Both the position numbers and the translations under genes were made by a program. A DNA stretch of 64,000 nt from Lingula anatina (Eukaryota > Animalia > Brachiopoda): contig CM120645.1 in NCBI GenBank assembly GCA_051362555.1, forward strand, positions 21,700,001-21,764,000, in the 5' to 3' direction. This document shows, piece after piece, positions 1-11,700 of this stretch. The notes under the pieces were generated by a model that was not told where the DNA came from, did no database searches, and saw nothing but the letters and a program-made list of their open reading frames with translations. Every line of letters begins with the position of its first letter. The stretch's first letter is position 1.

Positions 1-819
1 ATAAAACCATACATCGTATGTGCGTTACTTTGACTTTATCTTTTCTCTATAATAATAATTATAATAATGATAATAATAAATTTGAATTTTATTTTACCAT
101 CTAAATTGTATATCGAGAACTCGTGATCAGATACTCCCTATGCCAACGTTGAAAGAAGGATGACCTTTATCGAATAATATGTCTGAGTGAATTCTTGTGC
201 AAGTCTTTCACGGGGTTCCTGAAGCGTATGTCCAGACCCTGTGGCATATAACAAAGTCACCTTGGGTCACGAGCGTGCAAATAGACTTTCACTAAAGTCA
301 CGTTTCCACGTTCCACGTTCGAAATGATGTAGAAAATTTCAGTTGAGGAGCAATACTGAAAAAAGCGCGGCGACTACCAATACGTTTACTCCATCAAATG
401 ATTCTTAATGGGATGGCGGGGGGAAGGGGGGGGGGTTAAAACTGTGCCAGTACGTGACAAAAATTCGACTTATTACAAATGATCCTGTGTCATGTGTACT
501 TTGACTGCATGAATTGCTGGCATTGTGATAAAGAAAAATATCATAATTTTATGAGCTGCAGCTCAGATTTCAGAATAAATATATTATATTTATTTATCTT
601 TATAAAACGTCTTCCTCCACGGCTTTCGGACTAAGTGCTTACAAACCTTAAAAATTAACTAAAACATGTCTCCCTTACACGATGATACATTTATTTGAGA
701 ATGTAGAAGCGTCTTTCAAACCAGGTCGCATGGAAAGCCATTTCATAAGCATACCTGCATTAGCTTATTACAAAAATACCGCAAGTCAAGCACATTTTCT
801 AGGCACTTTTCCTGTTATT

Positions 820-822
<3 letters not shown>

Positions 823-906
<84 letters not shown>
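823..906. repeat. (TA)n microsatellite, ~42 units
   Basis: Pure TA run directly visible. It sits at the left junction of the 2.3-kb tandem array. Confidence 0.98.
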
Positions 907-911
<5 letters not shown>

Positions 912-2426
912 ATGTCGTCTAATAAGGCAATTGTCAAGGTGCCTTCTGCTTCTTGGAAAGTTTATGCAATGAAAAGTAGCCCACACACTTCCCTTTCTGT
1001 CGCACTCATACATGTCGCCTTACGGCAAGTTGGTCTGAAGGTCGCGCGCATTGTCGTTTGTAGCTAATATCTGTTTGGTTGGGTACATTTGTGCACAGGA
1101 TCGTAGTTTCAAACAGATTTGACATTTGTCTCAACCCGTAATGATGGTAGCATCTTTGAATGAGAACAGGATCCCATGAGAACAGGACCCCCTCCCCTTA
1201 AAAGTTAAAAATAAATGAAGTCTATACTCTCTTTTAGAGAACGCTCTCTCTCTCTCTCTCTCTCTCTCCGGATGCTAGCGTCTTAAGAAACTAACTATAA
1301 TAGTACCATATACGGTAGATCATTAAATGAAAGGGTGATATAGCTAAATATTCCATTTATATGTTTAATAGCAAATAAAGATAAAAAATATTTTTTAAAT
1401 AAATCAATACACATCTTGTCATTAAGCTAAAGGAACCGAGCAGCTACCGTTTCAGTTTTACTTCAGTTTAATAAACACCTTAATCTATAGGCCTTATTGC
1501 CCTGAAACACAGTCAACATATTGCTTCAATCCGCTGGCTAATTGGAAACCAAATAAACTTAATCGCATCACATTAAACCCAGAATTACAGAGACAGCTCC
1601 TCTTTATTGAGCGATTTGCGATGGGTTAGCACTGCGTTGAACTTGAAAAAATGCATTAATATTTGTATTCCGTGGCCAGTTTTGAAATTCTTTTATGCCA
1701 GTTTTGAAAATATAAAATAATTTATCTTTAAGTCAGGAATCAATCTGTAAGTCTGAGATATGAAAAAATTGCGTTGGGAATTTTAAAAATTAAATTCCAT
1801 TCGATTTTTTATTCAAGCTTGAAATAAGACCCTTTTTTTGTGCATTTTGATGCACGTTAGGTTCTTTTTTAAATGTATTGCCATATGCAGGAAGCAAAAC
1901 TACGAGTGTTCGTGTGGGGTAGGGGTTAGAAACAAATAAACTACGGGCTTTGAGGGAGGAGAAAACAGCCAAAACACCTCTCGTAAGTTAGGTATCGTTG
2001 GATTAGAGACTTGACGCATGGCGTGATACTCTGTCATGAAAATATCTCATCTAGGTTTACATTTGCTTATAGAAATGGACAGAACCTATAAACCCTGCTA
2101 TGTCCTGCGCTTTTAACTGACTTGGTCGCAAAACCCAAACCCAACCAACTCATTTGCCAAATTAGGACTGTCACATAGTTCGTGCCTACTTATGCTCAAG
2201 AGCGCTGAAGGCGCCTTTCTACTCTTCTCAAAAACCTGTCAATCTTGCCTTTCAGTCAATTAACAACGGAATGCCAGGTAGGCAATTTACTTTGGAAAGA
2301 AGTGCCAGACATATTCCTTATGGCCATACATTAAATATGGTGTCGATCGATGTAACTGTCGAAAATAGATGGGAGTACGATTAATTTCGAATTTCAATAA
2401 GCAGTATACCCTATCACAATGTCTAA

Positions 2427-2728
2427 GATAGCATTCACAACGAGTTGAGCCATGGCTTTACAAATCATGGAACTAAATATGGCGGACGTACATGAAAGAA
2501 AAACCGCCTAATCTTTTATTAGTCTTTCCGCCTCTCACACGCCTCCCCATGCGGCGTCCCTGCGGGGGTACGGTCATTAAATCTCGGCTCCATTGGGACG
2601 ACACATGGGGAGGCGTGTGAGAGGCGGAGAGACTATTAAAAGATAAAGCGTTTTTTCTTTCATTTACGTCCGCCATATTTAGTTCCGGGATTTGTAAAAC
2701 CATGGCTCAACTCGTTGTGAATGCGATC
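2427..2728. mobile_element. Fold-back MITE, PIF/Harbinger (Tourist-like), family M1 copy 1
   Basis: ~135-bp inverted arms GATAGCATTCACAACGAGTTGAGCC...GGCTCAACTCGTTGTGAATGCGATC. TAA flanks both sides (2424-2426, 2729-2731); a 3-bp TWA TSD is typical of PIF/Harbinger. Confidence 0.88.
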
Positions 2729-4729
2729 TAATACTTGCATCATGTCGCACATTTGTTCCCTATAATCCAGTTAAGAATATACACTGTCCAAAAGTTACTT
2801 AACATCTTGCTTTCAAAAACGCACCACTGGGTTCTTAAACCAAAATTAGTACAGTACGTACTTTTCCTGCTTGACAGTGAATCGTGGAGCATGAATACAA
2901 AAGAGTCTTTAGCAGAGAAATATGGTAACAAATTGGCTCAGACCGATATTGCAAATATAGTTTAAAGGTAGTCGCGACACCTAAACCACCGTGTTTGATA
3001 CTGACATCTACCTTGGTAGAGTAATGCCATGGTAGTTGTCAAACTATATTTTATAACTGAACCCACTTGTAAATGAAATCTTTTAATAATTTAAAATCAA
3101 CTCTTTCATAATAATGCCATTTCCGTGCAAGATACATGTAATGCTTCAGTAACCCAGCCATCGGCCGCGCACAACAATATAGGGATTACAATTACAAAAT
3201 ATATTTGTTATGTCGTCTAATAAGGCAATTGTCAAGGTGCCCTCTGCTTCTTGGAAAGTTTATGCAATGAAAAGTAGCCCAGACACTTCCCTTTCTGTCG
3301 CACACATACATGTCGCCTTACGGCAAGTTGGTCTGAAGGTCGCGCGCATTGTCGTTTGTAGCTAATATCTGTTTGGTTGGGTACATTTGTGCACAGGATC
3401 GTAGTTTCAAACAGATTTGACATTTGTATCAACCCGTAATGATGGTAGCATTTTTGAATGAGAACAGGATCCCATGAGAACAGGACCCCCCCCCCCCCCT
3501 CAAAAGTTAAAAATAAATGAAGTCTATACTCTCTTTTAGAGAACGCTCTCTCCCTCTCTCTCTCTCTCTGGATGCTAGCGTCTTAAGAATCTCACTATAA
3601 TATTATCATATAGATCATTAAAAGAAAGGGTGCTGTAGCCCGATATCCCATTTATATGTTTAATAGCAAATAAAGATAAAAAATACTTTTTTAAATAAAT
3701 CAGTACACATCTTGTCACTTAGCTAAAATGAACCGAGCAGCAACCGTTTCAGTTTTACTTCAGTTTAATAAAGACCTTAATCTATAGACCTTATTGCCCT
3801 GAAACACAGTCAACATATTGCTTCAATCCGCTGGCTAATTGGAAACCAAATAAACTTAATCGCATTACATTAAACCCAGAATTACAGAGGCAGCTCCTCC
3901 TTATTGAACGATTTGCGATAGGTTAACACTGCGTTGGACTTGAAAAAATGCATTAATATTTGTATTCCGTGGCCAGTTTTGAAATTCTTTTATGCCAGTT
4001 TTGAAAATATATAATAATTAATCTTTAAGTCAGGAATCAATCTGTAAGTCTGAGATATGAAAAAATTGCGTTGGAAACTTTAAGAATTAAATTCCATTCG
4101 ATTTTTTATTCAAGCTTGAAATAAGACCCGTTTTTTGTGCATTTTGATGCACGTTAAGTTTTTTTTTTCATGTTTTGCCATATAAGTATGCAGGAAGCAA
4201 AACTACGAGTGTTTGTGTGGGGTAGGGGTTAGAAATAAATAAACTACGGGCTTTGAGGGAGGAGAAAACAGCCAAAACACCTCTCGTAAGTTAGGTATCG
4301 TTGGATTAGAGACTTGACGCATGGCGTGATACTCTGTCATGAAAATATCTCATCTAGGTTTACATTTGCTTATAGAAATGGACAGAACCTATAAACCCTG
4401 CTATGTCCTGCGCTTTTAACTGACTTGGTCGCAAAACCCAAACCCAACCAACTCATTTGCCAAATTAGGACTGTCACACAGTTCGTGCCTACTTATGCTC
4501 AAGAGCGCTGAAGGCGCCTTTCTACTCTTCTCAAAAACCTGTCAATCTTGCCTTTCAGTCAATTGACAACGGAATGCCAGGTAGGCAATTTACTTTGGAA
4601 AGAAGTGCCAGACATATTCCTTATGGCCATACATTAAATATGGTGTCGATCGATGTAACTGTCGAAAATAGATGGGAGTACGATTAATTTCGAATTTCAA
4701 TAAGCAGTATACCCTATCACAATGTCTAA

Positions 4730-5031
4730 GATAGCATTCACAACGAGTTGAGCCATGGCTTTACAAATCATGGAACTAAATATGGCGGACGTACATGAAA
4801 GAAAAACCGCCTTATCTTTTATTAGTCTTTCCGCCTCTCACACGCCTCCCCATGCGGCGTCCCTGCGGGGGTACGGTCATTAAATCTCGGCTCCATTGGG
4901 ACGACACATGGGGAGGCGTGTGAGAGGCGGAGAGACTATTAAAAGATTAAGCGTTTTTTCTTTCATTTACGTCCGCCATATTTAGTTCCGGGATTTGTAA
5001 AACCATGGCTCAACTCGTTGTGAATGCGATC
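4730..5031. mobile_element. Fold-back Harbinger MITE, family M1 copy 2 (copied with the tandem unit)
   Basis: Near-identical to 2427-2728 with the same TAA flanks, offset 2303 bp. Confidence 0.88.
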
Positions 5032-8000
5032 TAATACTTGCATCATGTCGCACATTTGTTCCCTATAATCCAGTTAAGAATATACACTGTCCAAAAGTTA
5101 CTTAACATCTTGCTTTCAAAAACGCACGACTGGGTTCTTAAACCAAAATTAGTACAGTACGTACTTTTCCTGCTTGACAGTGAATCGTGGAGCATGAATA
5201 CAAAAGAGTCTTTAGCAGAGAAATATGGTAACAAATGGGCTCAGACCGATATTGCAAATATAGTTTAAAGGTAGTCGCGACACCTAAACCACCGTGTTTG
5301 ATACTGACATCTACCTTGGTAGAGTAATGCCATGGTAGTTGTCAAACTATATTTTATAACTGAACCCACTTGTAAATGAAATCTTTTAATAATTTAAAAT
5401 CAACTCTTTCGTAATAATGCCATTTCCGTGCAAGATACATGTAATGCTTCAGTAACCCAGCCATCGGCCGCGCACAACAATATAGGGATTACAATTACAA
5501 AATATATTTGTTATGTTGTCTGAATAGGTAATTGTCAAGGTGCCCTCTGCTTCTTGGAAAGTTTATGCAATGAAAAGTAGCCCAGGCACTTCCCTTTCTG
5601 TCGCACACATACATGTTGCCTTACGGCAAGTTGGTCTGAAGGTCGCGCGCATTGTCGTTTGTAGCTAATATCTGTTTGGTTGGGTACATTTGTGCACAGG
5701 ATCGTAGTTTCAAACAGATTTGGCATTTTTCTCAACCCGTAATGATGGTAGCATCTTTGAATGAGAACAGGATCCCAGGAGAACAGGACCCCCTCCCCTT
5801 GAAAGTTAAAAATAAATGAAGTCTATACTCTCTCTTTCTCTCTCTCTTTCTCTCTCTCCGGATGCTAGCGTCTTAAGAAACTAACTATAATAGTACCATA
5901 TACGGTAGATCATTAAATGAAAGGGTGCTATAGACCAATATTCCATTTATATGTTTGATAGCAAATAAAGATGAAAAATACTTTTTTTAATAAATCAATA
6001 CAAATCTTGTCATTAAGCTAAAAGGAACCGTGCAGCTACCGTTTCAGTTTTACTTCAGTTTAATAAACACCTTAATCTATAGGCCTTATTGCCCTGAAAC
6101 ACAGTCAACATATTGCGTCAATCCGCTGGCTAATTGGAAACCAAATAAACTTAATCGCATTACATTAAACCCAGAATTACAGAGACAGCTCCTTATTGAG
6201 CGATTTGCGATGTGTTAGCACTGCGTTGGACTTGAAAAAATGCATTAATATTTGTATTCCGTGGCCAGTTTTTGAAATTCTTTTATGCCAGTTTTGAAAA
6301 TATATAATAATTGATCTTTAAGTCAGGAATCAATCTGTAAGTCTGAGATATGAAAAAAGTGCGTTGGAAATTTAAAAAAATTACATTCGATTTTTTATTC
6401 AAGCTTGAAATGTGTATCAAAATGCACAAAAACGAGACATGAACATCCAATGTTACAAGAACTTCTCCTCCACAAGTTTCAACTGAAGCAGTTTGTACGT
6501 ACATGTGTCATAACTTCAAAGTTTTAACCCTTAGTCTTCAACATGCTGTCCATTTCAGACCAAGCAGATTTAGGCTCTTCTCCTCGTGCCATAAACTGCA
6601 CGTCGTACATTGGATGTTCATGACAAAAGAACATAAATGGCAGATAACAGGAAACAAAAGGTTAATTGGCAGGTTTTTAATTTGAAAACCATTTATATAA
6701 CCATTTCATGGCAATTAATCAACCTTTTGCGAAAAAAAAGTTCTTGAAATAAAAATTTGATCCTCATGACGTAATTTGACCCTGCTCAGTCATGCGTGAA
6801 AAGACGCGACAATCCATGGTGTGCTTTGAAGCATAATTTCCCTACGAACCTATGTTTACATTAACATTTGTTATATGAAATGAAATTTTAAAATTCTGGG
6901 TATTTTTTTAAATGTTCACTTTTTTCTTTATACACCCTGCATAGGGAAATTCATCAGCATGGGATATTTAAAGGTTATTGCAGGCATAGATATATGATAT
7001 TTTTACATTGTCAGAGGCTTCAGCACCCCAGTAAAAAGAAAACCAACCAGCCATACTTGCGCGTACTGTAACATGGCTTCGCCGAGTAATTATGGGCGGA
7101 TTACAATACTGTGTATTGTGACAAGAGCCTCCAGGAGATTTTGATAAATTCTTAGTGATCGGAAACAGAGGGATTGAGACACATACCTTATTCATTTGTG
7201 TATCATTGCTTTGTAATTTGCGGTATTCGTTCTAATCCATTTAAATTCATATACGATTTTTCGAAATGTTTTTAGTTTTTGTTTTAGCTTATTCCAGTTA
7301 AAACACCCTTTGAGTCTCATGGCTTGGCTTGGTTTAGTGTCATATAGTATGGAAAAAGGAAGTACGATACATGGAATAAATTGAGTTGTGATAGTTCTGG
7401 ATGAAAATTATTGGTTTATTTTTACATAGAAATTTTTAAAAATGAGTTATAGCTTCGAAGAATTTGAAAATTCACGAATAGCATTGCTGTCACTGACACA
7501 TTTTAAAATATATGCACACCCAAGTGTTAATTTCCTGGACCTGTACCGAGTTGAGTAGTTAAAGTAACGTATTTTTCTTTATTTGTACTAGTTAAAAAGT
7601 TCCATTTAGCAGTAGCCAATACCCCAATTAACGTCAAATAAAATTACACTTTTTCTTAATCTGTTCAATTATCAGTATCACAAATAAGGATTTTAAGTAA
7701 AAATATACAGTCTGATTAAGTTTCCTGTGATTAAGTTGATCCGGAAGCTTTTGGCAATTGGCCAAATCTCCATTTACATAGTATTTTGAAATAGATATAT
7801 AAGTTGCGTGCATGTTAATCAGTGTTCGGTTTAACGAAACACGTCATTGCGGTTGCTGGTGACTGTAATGAGCTGTACCTAGCTGAGGAATAAAATAACT
7901 GTATTTCTTCAAAGGCATCGTATTTAGCAGGTGAGCTTAGTCTATTATGAGTTTCAAGATTTTCTGCGCGGATGATGATGTTTATCTGTTTAGAAAAGAA

Positions 8001-8447
8001 GATCAAAAATAGATTTTCATTATGAAACGTATCATATTCTCTTCCAGGCTGATGAATTTGTGAAGGGGGAGAACGATCCTAGGCGCTCGAGTATCAACAA
8101 GGAGACAAGAGGAAAGAAAGATTCCCACGTACGTACAACACGAAAGTAACACTAGTCTTCTTTGCATGAAGAGGAGTGCCACGCTTGGTATGACGATAAC
8201 GTATTAACCGCAGCGTTAGCAACCTTCACCGTCTTAAAACAACCTGTTTCTAAGAAGCACTTGTATGGTTGCATGCACCGAGTCTCTATGCGGTTACCGA
8301 AGATTTAGTGCTTCTTTGCATCTACCAACAACGCAAAACATGTAAAACACACTACAGGGAAACGTTAAAATACACTAGTTTTGTAAAAACGATAAATGCC
8401 AACACCTAGTTTACTGCCGTAAAGACTGGATTAACTAGTTCACAGGG

Positions 8448-10418
8448 ATGTCGGGGCTTAACCAGAATATCACAGGCATTAACGGCAGCAATGCTTCTAT
8501 GGCGGTCGAAGAAACAAATTATATTCAAAATGGTGTCGCTCGCGATCCAATTCTAGTCGTCAATCTGTTCCTGCTGTTCGTGGCTCTAATTCTTGGAACT
8601 ATTGGCAATCTGTCCCTGGTAGTTGCTGTCGGGTGCAGGAGGGCGCTACAAACAGCTGTCAACGTCCCATTGGTCAACCTGGCCATTTCGGACCTGATCA
8701 TCTGCCTTCTGAGCGTCCCAATCGCGTTTGTGATCATTCTAGAGAATTTCACGACGTACATCGTGCCGTTAGAAGTTTGCGTAATGCAAGGTTTTTTTCA
8801 ATCAACGGGGGAGATTGTTCAGTTGTTGACAATAGCTGTCATCAGTTACGAAAGGTACCAGGCAGTTGCGAAACCCTTTGACAAAGAGCAAAGGCGTCTG
8901 AGAGTGATCGTGATGACAGTGGTGACTTGGACTCTTGGTCTATCAATAGGCATTATATGGGCTGTCCTTTTGCGCGATTCACCTCTGTTTGATATGTGTC
9001 TGAAGTACAACACGGAACTTTTACATATGGATGGCGTCTACAGCCTTTATATTCTATCACCATTAACCGTTGTAACAATTCTTATAGTGTCCGTGGCGTA
9101 CTGCCGAATACTTTGCAAGGTAGAGGAGAAAAGGAAGATATTTAGAAAACCGTTTGGCGGTCAAAAAAACAAGGTTCACCCGATCAGAACTCTGTCAGAG
9201 GACGTTCCAAACGGGGAACAAGCCCGGTACATAGTAAGTCCCCGGAAAGACATGACTCAAACAACGGCAATTCTTAACTCGTCAGATTTACTGCCGTCAG
9301 GAACCCCTCAAGTGAGTCCTCCCGACCAACATACAGTGGAAACGCACAGACTGAGCACAATTCATTCAACGAGCACAATAACTAAAGAGACACCTGGGTT
9401 GAATATAAATGAAGAAAGTGTGCGTAGCACGCAGTGCGTTTCGAATGAAGCGACTGAAAGGCCATCTATTGGTAAGACAAGTGACAACACCTTGCAATTC
9501 CATGATTTTGGTTCAAAAAACAATTTGCAGGGAGTAAAGCAGGATTCGCCCAATGTCTTAAACGCTGCACGATGCGCGACTAAAAATCATAAAGAAGCGG
9601 CGTTTTTGATGCTAGATGGCGCGGATTGTTGTGTGCAATGCTCGGGGGTGAATGTTTCTGCGGGAAAAAGGAATCCAAACATTGTTTCACCGCAGAGAGT
9701 GAACAATTGGCATTTACCTCAAAGAGTACAAGAATACTCAGAGAGGAGTACAAACATAAGCAATCAAAATGACAAAGAAACTCGCGCGAATCTCCGATAT
9801 TTATCTTACAGCACAATTCCAACAGCACTATCAGATGCCTGTCGAGCCTCCATTAGTGTAGTCAAAGACTTGTCTGTCAGTGATGCACCTGACAGCACAA
9901 ACAAAGATCTCATTGAGAATGGGCAGCACCTTCGAGGCGACTCGGATCGTGACCAAGGATTCCAAGCCGTTCGTCATAGTTATCAGAGCGGCAAAAACAC
10001 TGCAGAAAAAAGAGAAGACCAGAATGTGACTAACGAAATACAAGTGATTGACTTTGATGGCAACGTCACCACATCGCAAGCAGTTGCCGTGGGTGAGGCA
10101 AAGATATACGGCTCGGTCTGCGTGATGACTAACAAGAACCGGGTTCTTGGTAAGAGACGCCTGGAGACAAAACTTGCCAAGATGACGTCGGTTATTATCG
10201 TGACATTCTTTGTATTGTGGCTTCCGGTTCCCATAGCAACGGTCGTGCAGCGGACGTACTCTGGGCAGCAGGAAGGGGGAAGCTTTGTACTTGTTGATTC
10301 CTTGCAGCTGCTGATAGCTACAATAGCTATGTTGAGCGCTGCCGTTAACCCCATCGTCTACGCCCTCCTTAACAAGAAGTTCAGAGCTGAAATTGCTTGC
10401 ATCCTGAAACGGCAATAA
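8448..10418 (+). CDS. Class A (rhodopsin-like) GPCR, single coding exon, 656 aa, orphan/neuropeptide-receptor-like with very long ICL3
   Basis: N-terminal N-glycosylation sequons (NIT, NGS, NAS), TM1 GTIGN, TM2 NLAISD, TM3 C...SYERY, TM4 W, TM6 FFVLWLP, TM7 NPIVY, helix 8 NKKFR. A candidate 5'UTR splice acceptor TTCCAG lies at ~8047. Confidence 0.93.
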   Translation: MSGLNQNITGINGSNASMAVEETNYIQNGVARDPILVVNLFLLFVALILGTIGNLSLVVAVGCRRALQTAVNVPLVNLAISDLIICLLSVPIAFVIILENFTTYIVPLEVCVMQGFFQSTGEIVQLLTIAVISYERYQAVAKPFDKEQRRLRVIVMTVVTWTLGLSIGIIWAVLLRDSPLFDMCLKYNTELLHMDGVYSLYILSPLTVVTILIVSVAYCRILCKVEEKRKIFRKPFGGQKNKVHPIRTLSEDVPNGEQARYIVSPRKDMTQTTAILNSSDLLPSGTPQVSPPDQHTVETHRLSTIHSTSTITKETPGLNINEESVRSTQCVSNEATERPSIGKTSDNTLQFHDFGSKNNLQGVKQDSPNVLNAARCATKNHKEAAFLMLDGADCCVQCSGVNVSAGKRNPNIVSPQRVNNWHLPQRVQEYSERSTNISNQNDKETRANLRYLSYSTIPTALSDACRASISVVKDLSVSDAPDSTNKDLIENGQHLRGDSDRDQGFQAVRHSYQSGKNTAEKREDQNVTNEIQVIDFDGNVTTSQAVAVGEAKIYGSVCVMTNKNRVLGKRRLETKLAKMTSVIIVTFFVLWLPVPIATVVQRTYSGQQEGGSFVLVDSLQLLIATIAMLSAAVNPIVYALLNKKFRAEIACILKRQ

Positions 10419-10656
10419 GACGCAATACGTACCTATTCGTCCGGGCAGTTGGTATTTAGTATAATTTTTGAAGTTGAGGATTAAATGAAAACGAACACTG
10501 CACCTTGCTTTGTAATGCACAACAGTTGCTCGTTGAGATGTCAACGGTACTCGGCTGTTAATCACAGGCAGGTTCCAATATTTGGTTCCTGTATTTCTGA
10601 GGATATTGACTTCACATTTAAGAATGATAAAACGTTTATTGTGGGTTTGACATGTC

Positions 10657-11089
10657 ATCCTAGAACCTCTAGCACGACATTTAGTTTGATATTGTTTACA
10701 CGTTAATCTTCGTTTCATTTGATCTACAATGGGGCTGTGGCTTTTAGATGCTCTTTCCAATTAGCATCCATAAATTGTGCTTTTTACACATCCATTCAAG
10801 GCCTTGCTCTTAATAACTTGATTACTTTTAATGATCTGTTCAAGTATAAGTAAATGGGTTATATTTTTCTATCCTGGAACCTCTAGCACGACATTTAGTT
10901 TGATATTGTTTACACGTTAATCTTCATTTCATTTGATCTACAATGGGGCTGTGGTTTTTAGATGCTCTTTCCAATTAGCATCCATAAATTGTGTTTTTTT
11001 TACACATCCGTTCAAGGCCTTGCTCTTAATAACTTGATTACTTTTAATGATCTGTTCAAGTATAAGTAAATGGGTTATATTTTTCTATC
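10657..11089 (+). repeat. Tandem duplication of a ~215-bp unit in the probable GPCR 3'UTR
   Basis: ATCCT(A/G)GAACCTCTAGCACGACATTTAG starts at 10657 and 10871. The copies are nearly identical, with ATC at the junctions. AATAAA follows at 11121. Confidence 0.93.
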
Positions 11090-11374
11090 TGATTATCCAG
11101 ATACATTTAGAGTTGTTATTAATAAATGATGTTGTTTTATCTGATCGCCTTGAATTATCGTTGAGTCATCCAGTTTTCAGACTTCATTAGAGAAGCACGT
11201 AAGATAAAAATCTACAGACCAGTGTTGATAAATCTGATCATGCTATATTATATCAGTAACGTCGTATCGTTTTTAATATTGACATCGAGCTTCATCTTGG
11301 CAGAATGAGATAATTAATAGAATTGAACTACAATACATCTTTGTTCCATATAGAAAACATAGAAACCTGATAGG

Positions 11375-11700
11375 CTCTTTCCCTCTCTCTCTCTCTCTCT
11401 CTCTCTCTCATTCTTTCTTTTCTCTCTCTCTTCACTCTCTCTTTCTCTCTCTCTTTCCCTCTCTTTCTATCTCTCTTTCTTTCTGTTTCTTTCTCTTTCT
11501 TTCTTTCTCTCTCTTCTCTCTCTCATTCTCTCTTCTCTCTCTCTCTCTTCTCTCTTTCTCTCACTTTCTTTATCTCACTTTCTCTTTCTTTCTCTCTTCT
11601 CTCACACAATTTCTCTCTTGCTGTCTCTCTTTCTCTCTCTCTTTCTCTTTTTCTCTCTCTCTTTTGTCTCTCTCTGTCGTTCGTCTCTCTCTATCTCTCT
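11375..11700. repeat. Imperfect (CT)n/polypyrimidine tract
   Basis: ~325 bp of almost exclusively C/T. Confidence 0.95.

Larger units (their letters stand above)
901..6411 (+). repeat. Tandem segmental array, ~2.3-kb unit x 2.4 copies (A-B-A-B-A)
   Basis: ATATATTTGTTATGT starts at 901, 3199 and 5502 (periods 2298 and 2303). The ORF track shows near-identical ORFs at 2735/5038 and 3232/5535. The third copy stops matching at ~6411. Confidence 0.95.

Noticed and set aside
682-1013. ORFs with IYIYIY runs
   Set aside because: Translations of the (TA)n microsatellite.
908-6411. A-B-A-B-A array as a tandem LTR/TRIM element (A starts TGTTATG)
   Set aside because: No polypurine tract before A, no primer-binding site, no clean CA end and no TSD.
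9831-10760. 309-aa minus-strand ORF (and 9983-10354)
   Set aside because: Antisense shadow of the GPCR coding exon, with a non-ATG start and no recognisable motifs.
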